Shown here piece after piece: positions 24,701-37,090 of a stretch of 64,000 bases of DNA. The stretch comes from Eledone cirrhosa (Eukaryota), in assembly GCA_964016885.1 (NCBI GenBank), contig OZ024743.1, forward strand, positions 25,358,001 through 25,422,000, read 5' to 3'. A program made the position numbers and the translations under genes. Under the pieces are notes generated by a model. It worked only from the letters and a program-made list of their open reading frames with translations, had not been told where the DNA came from and ran no database searches. Every line of letters starts with the position of its first letter. The stretch's first letter is position 1.

Positions 24701-27700
24701 GACAGTGGGAGTTCGGCTCTTCTGTGTTCGGACCTGGTGTAGTTAAGAGATGCGGAGAGTGAGAGAGATGGAGGCTTGACAGTGGGAGTTCGGCTCTTCT
24801 GTGTTCGGACCTGGTGTAGTTAAGAGATGCGGAGAGTGAGAGAGATGGAGGCTTGACAGTGGGAGTTCGGCTCTTCTGTGTTCGGACCTGGTGTAGTTAA
24901 GAGATGCGGAGAGTGAGAGAGATGGAGGCTTGACAGTGGGAGTTCCGCTCCTCTGTGTTCAAACCTGGTGTAGTGAACAGATGGGGAGGGTGAGAGATAT
25001 GGAGGCTTGACAGTGGGAGTTCGGGTCCTATGTTTTCGGACCTGGTGTACTTGAGAGATCGGGAGGTTGAGAGAGATGGAGGCTTGACAGTGGGAGTTCG
25101 GCTCCTCTGTGTTCAAACCTGGTGTAGTGAAGAGATGGGGAGGATGAGAGAGATGGAGGCTTGACAGTGGGAGTTCGGGTCCTATGTATTCGGACCTGGT
25201 GTAGTTAAGAGATGGGGAGGCTGAGAGAGATGGAGACTTGACAGTGGGAGTTCGGCTCCTCCGTGTTCGGACCTGGTGTACTTGAGAGATGGGGAGGGTG
25301 AGAGAGATGGAGGCTTGACAGTGGGAGTTCGGCATCCCTGTGTTCGGACCTGGTGTAGTTAAGAGATGGGGAGGTTGAGTGAGATGGAGACTTGACAGTG
25401 GGAGTTCGGCTCCTCTGTGTTCGGACCTGGTGTTGATATGAGATGGGGAGGGTGAGAGAGATGGAGGCTTGACAGTGGGAGTTCGGCTCCTCTGTGTTCG
25501 GACCTGGTGTAGTTAAGAGATGGGGAGGGTGAGAGAGATTGGTGATTGACAGTGGGAGTTCGGCTCTTCTGTGTTCGGACCTGGTGTTGTTATGAGATGG
25601 GGAGGGTGAGAGAGATGGAGGCTTGACAGTGGGAGTTCGGCTCCTCTGTGTTCGGACCTGGTGTAGTTAAGAGATGAGGAGAGTGAGAGAGATGGAGGCT
25701 TGACAGTGGGAGTTCGGCTCCTCTGTTTTCGGACCTGGTGTAGTTAAGAGATGGAGAGGGTGAGAGAGATGGAGGCTTGACAGTGGGAATTCGGCACCTC
25801 TGTGTTCGGACCTGGTGTAGTTAAGAGATGGGGAGGGTGAGAGAGATGGAGGCTTGACAGTCGGGTCCTATGTGTTCGGACATGGTGTACTTGAGAAAAG
25901 GGGAGAGTGAGAGAGATTGGGGATTGACAGTGGGAGTTCGGCTCCTCTGTGTTGGGAGTTTGTGTAGTTAAGAGATGGGGAGGTTGAGAGAGATGGAGGC
26001 TTGACAGTGGGAGTTCGGCTCTTCTGTGTTCGGACCTGGTGTAGTTAAGAGATGGGGAGGGTGAGAGAGATGGAGGCTTAACAGTGGGAGTTCGGGTCCT
26101 CTGTGTTAGGAGTTTGTGTAGTTAAGAGATGGGGAGGTTGAGAGAGATGGAGGGGTGACAGTGGGAGTTCGGCTCTTCTGTGTTCGGACCTGGTGTAGTT
26201 AAGAGATGCGGAGAGTGAGAGAGATGGAGGCTTGACAGTCGGAGTTCGGCTCTTCTGTGTTCGGACCTGGTGTAGTTAAGAGATGCGGAGAGTGAGAGAG
26301 ATGGAGGCTTGACAGTGGGAGTTCGGCTCTTCTGTGTTCGGACCTGGTGTAGTTAAGAGATGCGGAGAGTGAGAGAGATGGAGGCTTGACAGTGGGAGTT
26401 CGGCTCTTCTGTGTTCGGACCTGGTGTAGTTAAGAGATGCGGAGAGTGAGAGATATGGAAGCTTGACAGTGGGTGTTCGGGTCCTATGTTTTCGGACCTG
26501 GTGTACTTGAGAGATCGGGAGGTTGAGAGAGATGGAGGCTTGACAGTGGGAGTTCGGCTCCTCTGTGTTCAAACCTGGTGTAGTGAAGAGATGGGGAGGA
26601 TGAGAGAGATGGAGGCTTGACAGTGGGAGTTCGGGTCCTATGTTTTCGGACCTGGTGTACTTGAGAGATCGGGAGGTTGAGAGAGATGGAGGCTTGACAG
26701 TGGGAGTTCGGCTCCTCTGTGTTCAAACCTGGTGTAGTGAAGAGATGGGGAGGATGAGAGAGATGGAGGCTTGACAGTGGGAGTTCGGGTCCTATGTTTT
26801 CGGACCTGGTGTACTTGAGAGATCGGGAGGTTGAGAGAGATGGAGGCTTGACAGTGGGAGTTCGGCTCCTCTGTGTTCGGACCTGGTGTACTTGAGAGAT
26901 AGGGAGGGTGAGAGAGATGGAGGCTGACAGTGGGAGTTCGGCACCACTGTGTTCGGAACTGGTGTAGTTAAGAGATGGGGAGGGTGAGAGAGATTGTGGC
27001 TTGACAGTGGGAGTTCGGCACCTCCGTGTTCGGACCTGGTGTAGTTAAGAGATGGGGAGGCTGAGAGAGATGGAGACTGATAGTGGGAGTTCGGCTCCTC
27101 TGTATTCGGACCTGGTGTAGTTAAGAGATGGGGAGGCTGAGAGAGATGGAGACTTGACAGTGGGAGTTCGGCTCCTCCGTGTTCGGACCTGGTGTACTTG
27201 AGAGATGGGGAGGGTGAGAGAGATGAAGGCTTGACAGTGGGAGTTCGGCATCCCTGTGTTCGGACCTGGTGTAGTTAAGAGATGGAGAGGGTGAGAGAGA
27301 TGGAGTCTGACAGTGGGAGTTCGGCTCCTCTGTGTTCGGACCTGGTGTAGTTAAGAGATGGGGAGGGTGAGAGAGATGGAGGCTTGACAGTGGGAGGTCG
27401 GCTCCTCTGTGTTCGGACCTGGTGTAGTTAAGAGATGGGGAATAGTGAGAGAGTTTGGTGATTGACAGTGGGAGTTCGGCTCCTCTGTGTTCGGACCTGG
27501 TGTAGTTAAGAGATGGGGAGGTTGAGAGAGATGGAGGCTTGACAGTGGGAGTTCGGCTCCTCTGTGTTCGGACCTGGTGTAGTTAAGAGATGGGGAGGGT
27601 GAGAGAGATGGATGCTTGACAGTGGGAGTTCGGCTCTTCTGTGTTCGGACCTGGTGTAGTTAAGAGATGGGGAGGGTGAGAGAGATGGAAGCTTGACAGT

Positions 27701-29549
27701 GGGAGTACGGCTCCTCTGTGTTCGGACCTGATGTAGCTCAGAGATGGGGAGGGTGAGAGAGATTGGGGATTGACAGTGGGAGTTCGGCTCCTCTGTGTTC
27801 GGACCTGGTGTAGTTAAGAGATGGGGAGGGTGAGAGAGATGGAGGCTTGACAGTGGGAGTACGGCTCCTCTGTGTTCGGACCTGATGTAGCTCAGAGATG
27901 GGGAGGGTGAGAGAGATTGGGGATTGACAGTGGGAGTTCGGCTCCTCTGTGTTCGGACCTGGTGTAGTTAAGAGATGGGGAGGGTGAGAGAGATGGAAGC
28001 TTGACAGTGGGAGTTCGGCTCCTCTGTGTTCGGACCTGGTGTAGTTAAGAGATGGGGAGGGTGAGAGAGATGGATGCTTGACAGTGGGAGTTCGGCTCTT
28101 CTGTGTTCGGACCTGGTGTAGTTAAGAGATGGGGAGGGTGAGAGAGATGGAGGCTTAACAGTGGGAGTTCGGGTCCTCTGTGTTAGGAGTTTGTGTAGTT
28201 AAAAGATGGGGAGGTTGAGAGAGATGGAGGGGTGACAGTGGGAGTTCGGCTCTTCTGTGTTCGGACCTGGTGTAGTTAAGAGATGCGGAGAGTGAGAGAG
28301 ATGGAGGCTTGACAGTCGGAGTTCGGCTCTTCTGTGTTCGGACCTGGTGTAGTTAAGAGATGCGGAGAGTGAGAGAGATGGAGGCTTGACAGTGGGAGTT
28401 CGGCTCTTCTGTGTTCGGACCTGGTGTAGTTAAGAGATGCGGAGAGTGAGAGAGATGGAGGCTTGACAGTGGGAGTTCGGCTCTTCTGTGTTCGGACCTG
28501 GTGTAGTTAAGAGATGCGGAGAGTGAGAGATATGGAAGCTTGACAGTGGGTGTTCGGGTCCTATGTTTTCGGACCTGGTGTACTTGAGAGATCGGGAGGT
28601 TGAGAGAGATGGAGGCTTGACAGTGGGAGTTCGGCTCCTCTGTGTTCAAACCTGGTGTAGTGAAGAGATGGGGAGGATGAGAGAGATGGAGGCTTGACAG
28701 TGGGAGTTCGGGTCCTATGTTTTCGGACCTGGTGTACTTGAGAGATCGGGAGGTTGAGAGAGATGGAGGCTTGACAGTGGGAGTTCGGCTCCTCTGTGTT
28801 CAAACCTGGTGTAGTGAAGAGATGGGGAGGATGAGAGAGATGGAGGCTTGACAGTGGGAGTTCGGGTCCTATGTTTTCGGACCTGGTGTACTTGAGAGAT
28901 CGGGAGGTTGAGAGAGATGGAGGCTTGACAGTGGGAGTTCGGCTCCTCTGTGTTCGGACCTGGTGTACTTGAGAGATAGGGAGGGTGAGAGAGATGGAGG
29001 CTGACAGTGGGAGTTCGGCACCACTGTGTTCGGAACTGGTGTAGTTAAGAGATGGGGAGGGTGAGAGAGATTGTGGCTTGACAGTGGGAGTTCGGCACCT
29101 CCGTGTTCGGACCTGGTGTAGTTAAGAGATGGGGAGGCTGAGAGAGATGGAGACTGATAGTGGGAGTTCGGCTCCTCTGTATTCGGACCTGGTGTAGTTA
29201 AGAGATGGGGAGGCTGAGAGAGATGGAGACTTGACAGTGGGAGTTCGGCTCCTCCGTGTTCGGACCTGGTGTAGTTAAGAGATGGGGAGGCTGAGAGAGA
29301 TGGAGACTGATAGTGGGAGTTCGGCTCCTCTGTATTCGGACCTGGTGTAGTTAAGAGATGGGGAGGCTGAGAGAGATGGAGGCTTGACAGTGGGAGTTCG
29401 GCTCCTCTGTGTTCGGACCTGGTGTACTTGAGAGATGGGGAGGGTGAGAGAGATGGAGGCTTGACAGTGGGAGTTCGGCATCCCTGTGTTCGGACCTGGT
29501 GTAGTTAAGAGATGGAGAGGGTGAGAGAGATGGAGTCTGACACTGGGAG

Positions 29550-32500
29550 TTCGGCTCCTCTGTGTTCGGACCTGGTGTAGTTAAGAGATGGGGAGGTTGA
29601 GAGAGATGGAGGCTTGACAGTGGGAGTTGGGCTCCTCTGTATTCGGACCTTGTGTAGTTAAGAGATGGGGAATAGTGAGAGAGTTTGGTGATTGACAGTG
29701 GGAGTTCGGCTCCTCTGTGTTCGGACCTGGTGTACTTGAGAGATAGGGAGGGTGAGAGAGATGGAGGTTGACAGTGGGAGTACGGCTCCTCTGTGTTCGG
29801 ACCTGATGTAGTTAAGAGATGGAGAGGGTGAGTGAGATGGAGGCTTGACAGTGGGTGTTCGGCTCCTCTGTGTTCGGACCTGGTGTAGTTAAGAGATGCG
29901 GAGAGTGAGAGAGATGGAGGCTTGACAGTGGGAGTTCGGCTCTTCTGTGTTCGGACCTGATGTAGCTCAGAGATGGGGAGGGTGAGAGAGATTGGGGATT
30001 GACAGTGGGAGTTCGGCTCCTCTGTGTTCGGACCTGATGTAGCTCAGAGATGGGGAGGGTGAGAGAGATTGGGGATTGACAGTGGGTGTTCGGCTCCTCT
30101 GTGTTCAGACCTGGTGTAGTTAAGAGATGGGGAGGGTGAGAGAGATGGAGGCTTGACAGTGGGAGGTCGGCTCCTCTGTGTTCGGACCTGATGTAGCTCA
30201 GAGATGGGGAGGGTGAGAGAGATTGGGGATTGACAGTGGGAGTTCGGCTCCTCTGTGTTCGGACCTGGTGTAGTTAAGAGATGCGGAGAGTGAGAGAGAT
30301 GGAGGCTTGACAGTGGGAGTTCGGCTCCTCTGTGTTCGGACCTGGTGTAGTTAAGAGATGGGGAGGGTGAGAGAGATGGATGCTTGACAGTGGGAGGTCG
30401 GCTCCTTTGTGTTCGGACCTGATGTAGCTCAGAGATGGGAAGGGTGAGAGAGATTGGGGATTGACAGTGGGAGTTCGGCTCCTCTGTGTTCGGACCTGGT
30501 GTAGTTAAGAGATGCGGAGAGTGAGAGAGATGGAGGCTTGACAGTGGGAGTTCGGCTCTTCTGTGTTCAGACCTGGTGTAGTTAAGAGATGGGGAGGGTG
30601 AGAGAGATGGAGGCTTGACAGTGGGAGTTCGGCTCTTCTGTGTTCGGACCTGGTGTAGTTAAGAGATGGGGAGGGTGAGAGAGATGGATGCTTGACAGTG
30701 GGATTTGGGCTCCTCTGTGTTCGGACCTGGTGTAGTTAAGAGATGGGGAGGGTGAGAGAGATGGAGGCTGACAGTGGGAGTTCGGCTCCTCTGTGTTCGG
30801 ACCTGATGTAGTTAAGAGATGGGGAGGGTGAGAGAGTTTGGGGCTTGACCGTGGGGGTGCGGCTCCTCTGCGTTAGGAGCTTGTGTAGATAAGAGATGGG
30901 GAGGTTGAGAGAGATGGAGGCTTGATAGTGGGAGTTCGGCTCTTCTGTGTTCGGACCTGGTGTAGTTATGAGATGGGGAGGGTGAGTGAGATGGAGACTT
31001 GACAGTGGGAGTTCGGCTCCTCTGTGTTCGGACCTGGTGTAGTTAAGAGATGGGGAGGGTGAGAGAGATGGAGGCTTGACAGTCGGGTCCTATGTGTTCG
31101 GACATGGTGTACTTGAGAAAAGGGGAGAGTGAGAGAGATTGCGGATTGACAGTGGGAGTTCGGCTCCTCTGTGTTAGGAGTTTGTGTAGTTAAGAGATGG
31201 GGAGGGTGAGAGAGATGGAGGCTTGACAGTGAGAGTTCGGCTCTTCTGTGTTCGGACCTGGTGTAGTTAAGAGATGGGGAGGGTGAGAGAGATGGAGGCT
31301 TAACAGTGGGAGTTCGGGTCCTCTGTGTTAGGAGTTTGTGTAGTTAAGAGATGGGGAGGTTGAGAGAGATGGAGGCTTGACAGTGAGAGTTCGGCTCTTC
31401 TGTGTTCGGACCTGGGGTAGTTAAGAGATGGGGAGGGTGAGAGAGATGGAGGCTTAACAGTGGGAGCTTGGGTCCTCTGTGATAGGAGTTTGTGTAGTTA
31501 AGAGATGGGGAGGTTGAGAGAGATGGAGGGGTGACAGTGGGAGTTCGGCTCCTCTGTGTTCGGATCTGGTGTAGTTAAGAGATGGGGAGGGTGAGAGAGA
31601 TGGAGACTTGACAGCGGGAGTTCGGCTCCTCTGTGTTCGGACCTGGTGTAGTTAAGAGATGGGGAGGTTGAGAGAGATGGAGGCTTGACAGTGGGAGTTG
31701 GGCTCCTCTGTATTCGGACCTTGTGTAGTTAAGAGATGGGGAATAGTGAGAGAGTTTGGTGATTGACAGTGGGAGTTCGGCTCCTCTGTGTTCGGACCTG
31801 GTGTAGTTAAGAGATGGGGAGGCTGAGAGAGATGGAGGCTTGACAGTGGCAGTTCGGCTCCTCTGTGTTCGGACCTGGTGTAGTTAAGAGATGGAGAGGG
31901 TGAGTGAGATGGAGGCTTGACAGTGGGTGTTCGGCACCTCTGTGTTCGGAACAGGTGTAGTTAAGAGATGGGGAGGGTGAGAGAGATGGAGACTTGACAG
32001 TGGGAGGTCGGCTCCTCTGTGTTCGGACATGATGTAGCTCAGTGATGGGGAGGGTGAGAAAGATGGAGGCTTGACAGTGGGAGTTCGGCTCCTCTGTGTT
32101 CGGACCTGGTGTAGTTAAGAGATGGGGAGGGTGAGAGAGATTGGGGATTGACAGTGGGAGTTCGGCTCCTCTGTGTTCGGACCTGGTGTACTTGAGAGAT
32201 AGGGAGGGTGAGAGAGATGGAGGCTGACAGTGGGAGTACGGCTCCTCTGTGTTCGGACCTGATGTAGTTAAGAGATGCGGAGAGTGAGAGAGATGGAGGC
32301 TTGACAGTGCGTGTTCGGCTCTTCTGTGTTCAGACCTGGTGTAGTTAAGAGATGGGGAGGGTGAGAGAGATGGAGGCTTGACAGTGGGAGGTCGGCTCCT
32401 CTGTGTTCGGACCTGATGTAGCTCAGAGATGGGGAGGGTGAGAGAGATTGGGGATTGACAGTGGGAGTTCGGCTCCTCTGTGTTCGGACCTGGTGTAGGT

Positions 32501-35500
32501 AAGAGATGGGGAGGGTGAGAGAGATGGAGGCTTGACAGTGGGAGTTCGGCTCCTCTGTGTTCGGACCTGGTGTAGTTAAGAGATGGGGAGGGTGAGAGAG
32601 ATGGATGCTTGGCAGTGGGAGGTCGGCTCCTCTGTGTTCGGACCTGATGTAGCTCAGAGATGGGGAGGGTGAGAGAGATTGGGGCTTGACAGTGGGGGTA
32701 CGGCTCCTCTGCGTTAGGAGCTTGTGTAGATAAGAGATGGGGAGGTTGAGAGAGATGGAGGCTTGATAGTGGGAGTTCGGCTCTTCTGTGTTCGGACCTG
32801 GTGTAGTTAAGAGATGGGGAGTGTGAGAGAGATGGAGGCTTCATAGCGGGAGTTCGGCTCCTCTGTGTTGGACCTGGTGTAGTTAAGAGATGGGGAGGTT
32901 GAGTGAGATGGAGACTTGACAGTGGGAGTTCGGCTCCTCTGTGTTCGGACCTGGTGTAGTTAAGAGATGGGGAGGGTGAGAGAGATGGAGGCTTGACAGT
33001 CGGGTCCTATGTGTTCGGACATGGTGTACTTGAGAAAAGGGGAGAGTGAGAGAGATTGGGGATTGACAGTGGGAGTTCGGCTCCTCTGTGTTAGGACCTG
33101 GTGTAGTTAAGAGATGCGGAGGGTGAGAGAGATGGAGGCTTGACAGTGAGAGTTCGGCTCTTCTGTGTTCGGACCTGGTGTAGTTAAGAGATGGGGAGGG
33201 TGAGAGAGATGGAGGCTTAACAGTGGGAGTTCGGGTCCTCTGTGTTAGGAGTTTGTGTAGTTAAGAGATGGGGAGGTTGAGAGAGATGGAGGCTTGACAG
33301 TGAGAGTTCGGCTCTTCTGTGTTCGGACCTGGTGTAGTTAAGAGATGGGGAGGGTGAGAGAGATGGAGGCTTGACAGTGGGAGTTCGGCTCCTCTGTGTT
33401 CGGACCTGGTGTAGTTAAGAGATGGGGAGGGTGAGAGAGATTGGGGATTGACAGTGGGAGTTCGGCTCCTCTGTGTTCGGACCTGGTGTACTTGAGAGAT
33501 AGGGAGGGTGAGAGAGATGGAGGCTGACAGTGGGAGTACGGCTCCTCTGTGTTCGGACCTGATGTAGTTAAGAGATGCGGAGAGTGAGAGAGATGGAGGC
33601 TTGACAGTGGGTGTTCGGCTCTTCTGTGTTCAGACCTGGTGTAGTTAAGAGATGGGGAGGGTGAGAGAGATGGAGGCTTGACAGTGGGAGGTCGGCTCCT
33701 CTGTGTTCGGACCTGATGTAGCTCAGAGATGGGGAGGGTGAGAGAGATTGGGGATTGACAGTGGGAGTTCGGCTCCTCTGTGTTCGGACCTGGTGTAGGT
33801 AAGAGATGGGGAGGGTGAGAGAGATGGAGGCTTGACAGTGGGAGTTCGGCTCCTCTGTGTTCGGACCTGGTGTAGTTAAGAGATGGGGAGGGTGAGAGAG
33901 ATGGATGCTTGGCAGTGGGAGGTCGGCTCCTCTGTGTTCGGACCTGATGTAGCTCAGAGATGGGGAGGGTGAGAGAGATTGGGGCTTGACAGTGGGGGTA
34001 CGGCTCCTCTGCGTTAGGAGCTTGTGTAGATAAGAGATGGGGAGGTTGAGAGAGATGGAGGCTTGATAGTGGGAGTTCGGCTCTTCTGTGTTCGGACCTG
34101 GTGTAGTTAAGAGATGGGGAGTGTGAGAGAGATGGAGGCTTCATAGCGGGAGTTCGGCTCCTCTGTGTTGGACCTGGTGTAGTTAAGAGATGGGGAGGTT
34201 GAGTGAGATGGAGACTTGACAGTGGGAGTTCGGCTCCTCTGTGTTCGGACCTGGTGTAGTTAAGAGATGGGGAGGGTGAGAGAGATGGAGGCTTGACAGT
34301 CGGGTCCTATGTGTTCGGACATGGTGTACTTGAGAAAAGGGGAGAGTGAGAGAGATTGGGGATTGACAGTGGGAGTTCGGCTCCTCTGTGTTAGGACCTG
34401 GTGTAGTTAAGAGATGCGGAGGGTGAGAGAGATGGAGGCTTGACAGTGAGAGTTCGGCTCTTCTGTGTTCGGACCTGGTGTAGTTAAGAGATGGGGAGGG
34501 TGAGAGAGATGGAGGCTTAACAGTGGGAGTTCGGGTCCTCTGTGTTAGGAGTTTGTGTAGTTAAGAGATGGGGAGGTAGAGAGAGATGGAGGCTTGACAG
34601 TGAGAGTTCGGCTCTTCTGTGTTCGGACCTGGTGTAGTTAAGAGATGGGGAGGGTGAGAGAGATGGAGGCTTAACAGTGGGAGTTCGGGTCCTCTGTGAT
34701 AGGAGTTTGTGTAGTTAAGAGATGGGGAGGTTGAGAGAGATGGAGGGGTGACAGTGGGAGTTCGGCTCCTCTGTGTTCGGATCTGGTGTAGTTAAGAGAT
34801 GGGGAGGGTGAGAGAGATGGAGACTTGACAGCGGGAGTTCGGCTCCTCTGTGTTCGGACCTGGTGTAGTTAAGAGATGGGGAGGTTGAGAGAGATGGAGG
34901 CTTGACAGTGGGAGTTGGGCTCCTCTGTATTCGGATCTTGTGTAGTTAAGAGATGGGGAATAGTGAGAGAGTTTGGTGATTGACAGTGGGAGTTCGGCTC
35001 CTCTGTGTTCGGACCTGGTGTAGTTAAGAGATGGGGAGGCTGAGAGAGATGGAGGCTTGACAGTGGGAGTTCGGCTTCTCTGTGTTCGGACCTGGTGTAG
35101 TTAAGAGATGGAGAGGGTGAGTGAGATGGAGGCTTGACAGTGGGTGTTCGGCACCTCTGTGTTCGGAACAGGAGTAGTTAAGAGATGGGGAGGGTGAGAG
35201 AGATAGAGACTTGACAGCGGGAGGTCGGCTCCTCTGTGTTCGGACATGATGTAGCTCAGAGATGGGGAGGGTGAGAAAGATGGAGGCTTGACAGTGGGAG
35301 TTCGGCTCCTCTGTGTTCGGACCTGGTTTAGTTAAGAGATGGGGAGGGTGAGAGAGATTGGGGATTGACAGTGGGAGTTCGGCTCCTCTGTGTTCGGACC
35401 TGGTGTACTTGAGAGATAGGGAGGGTGAGAGAGATGGAAGCTGACAGTGGGAGTACGGCTCCTCTGTGTTCGGACCTGATGTAGTTAAGAGATGCGGAGA

Positions 35501-37090
35501 GTGAGAGAGATGGAGGCTTGACAGTGGGAGTTCGGCTCTTCTGTGTTCAGACCTGGTGTAGTTAAGAGATGGGGAGGGTGAGAGAGATGGAGGCTTGACA
35601 GTGGGAGGTCGGCTCCTCTGTGTTCGGACCTGATGTAGCTCAGAGATGGGGAGGGTGAGAGAGATTGGGGATTGACAGTGGGAGTTCGGCTTCTCTGTGT
35701 TCGGACCTGGTGTAGTTAAGAGATGGGGAGGGTGAGAGAGATGGATGCTTGACAGTGGGAGGTCGGCTCCTCTGTGTTCGGACCTGATGTAGCTCAGAGA
35801 TGGGAAGGGTGAGAGAGATTGGGGATTGACAGTGGGAGTTCGGCTCCTCTGTGTTCGGACCTGGTGTAGTTAAGAGATGCGGAGAGTGAGAGAGATGGAG
35901 GCTTGACAGTGGGAGTTCGGCTCTTCTGTGTTCAGACCTGGTGTAGTTAAGAGATGGGGAGGGTGAGAGAGATGGAGGCTTGACAGTGGGAGTTCGGCTC
36001 TTCTGTGTTCGGACCTGGTGTAGTTAAGAGATGGGGAGGGTGAGAGAGATGGATGCTTGACAGTGGGATTTGGGCTCCTCTGTGTTCGGACCTGGTGTAG
36101 TTAAGAGATGGGGAGGGTGAGAGAGATGGAGGCTGACAGTGGGAGTTCGGCTCCTCTGTGTTCGGACCTGATGTAGTTAAGAGATGGGGAGGGTGAGAGA
36201 GATTGGGGCTTGACAGTGGGGGTGCGGCTCCTCTGCGTTAGGAGCTTGTGTAGATAAGAGATGGGGAGGTTGAGAGAGATGGAGGCTTGATAGTGGGAGT
36301 TCGGCTCTTCTGTGTTCGGACCTGGTGTAGTTAAGAGATGGGGAGTGTGAGAGAGATGGAGGCTTGATAGTGGGAGTTCGGCTCCTCTGTGTTGGACCTG
36401 GTGTAGTTAAGAGATGGGGAGGTTGAGTGAGATGGAGACTTGACAGTGGGAGTTCGGCTCCTCTGTGTTCGGACCTGGTGTAGTTAAGAGATGGGGAGGG
36501 TGAGAGAGATGGAGGCTTGACAGTCGGGTCCTATGTGTTCGGACATGGTGTACTTGAGAAAAGGGGAGAGTGAGAGAGATTGGGGATTGACAGTGGGAGT
36601 TCGGCTCCTCTGTGTTAGGAGTTTGTGTAGTTAAGAGATGGGGAGGGTGAGAGAGATGGAGGCTTGACAGTGAGAGTTCGGCTCTTCTGTGTTCGGACCT
36701 GGTGTAGTTAAGAGATGGGGAGGGTGAGAGAGATGGAGGCTTAACAGTGGGAGTTCGGGTCCTCTGTGTTAGGAGTTTGTGTAGTTAAGAGATGGGGAGG
36801 TTGAGAGAGATGGAGGCTTGACAGTGAGAGTTCGGCTCTTCTGTGTTCGGACCTGGTGTAGTTAAGAGATGGGGAGGGTGAGAGAGATGGAGGCTTAACA
36901 GTGGGAGTTCGGGTCCTCTGTGTTAGGAGTTTGTGTAGTTAAGAGATGGGGAGGTTGAGAGAGATGGAGGGGTGACAGTGGGAGTTCGGCTCCTCTGTGT
37001 TCGGATCTGGTGTAGTTAAGAGATGGGGAGGGTGAGAGAGATGGAGACTTGACAGCGGGAGTTCGGCTCCTCTGTGTTCGGACCTGGTGT
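29550..37090 (+). repeat. Domain II: second HOR family marked by GATGTAGCTCAG, GGGAGGTCGG, GAATAG and GTAGATAAG variants
   Basis: The markers recur (GAATAG ~29670, ~31741, 34958; GCGTTAGGAGC ~30870, ~32711, ~34011, ~36235). The CAAAC/TGAAG dimer is absent and the 7-bp deletion monomer is retained (31084, 33001, 34301, 36525). Confidence 0.82.
32060..34660 (+). repeat. Recent tandem duplication, 1300-bp unit (17 monomers) x2
   Basis: Private variants GTAGGTAAG (~32495/~33795), GCTTGGCAGT and TTCATAGCGG are offset by 1300 bp, as are ORF coordinates 32844 and 34144. 17x77-7-1-1=1300. Confidence 0.92.

Larger units (their letters stand above)
1..29550 (+). repeat. Domain I: variable-length HOR (mostly ~19-30 monomers, commonly 22) with alternating A/B subtypes
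   Basis: An ordered variant series recurs: 7-bp-deletion monomer, TTAGGAGTTTG monomers, GATGCGGAGAG run, CAAAC/GGGTCCTATGTTTT dimers, ATAGGG, GGAACTGG, CACCTCCG, GACTGATAG, CATCCC, TTGATATG, TTGTTATG. The deletion marker lies at 111, 2104, 4403, 7779, 8465, 10613, 12376, 13907, 15901, 17587, 19272, 20958, 22720, 24406 and 25862. Confidence 0.9.
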
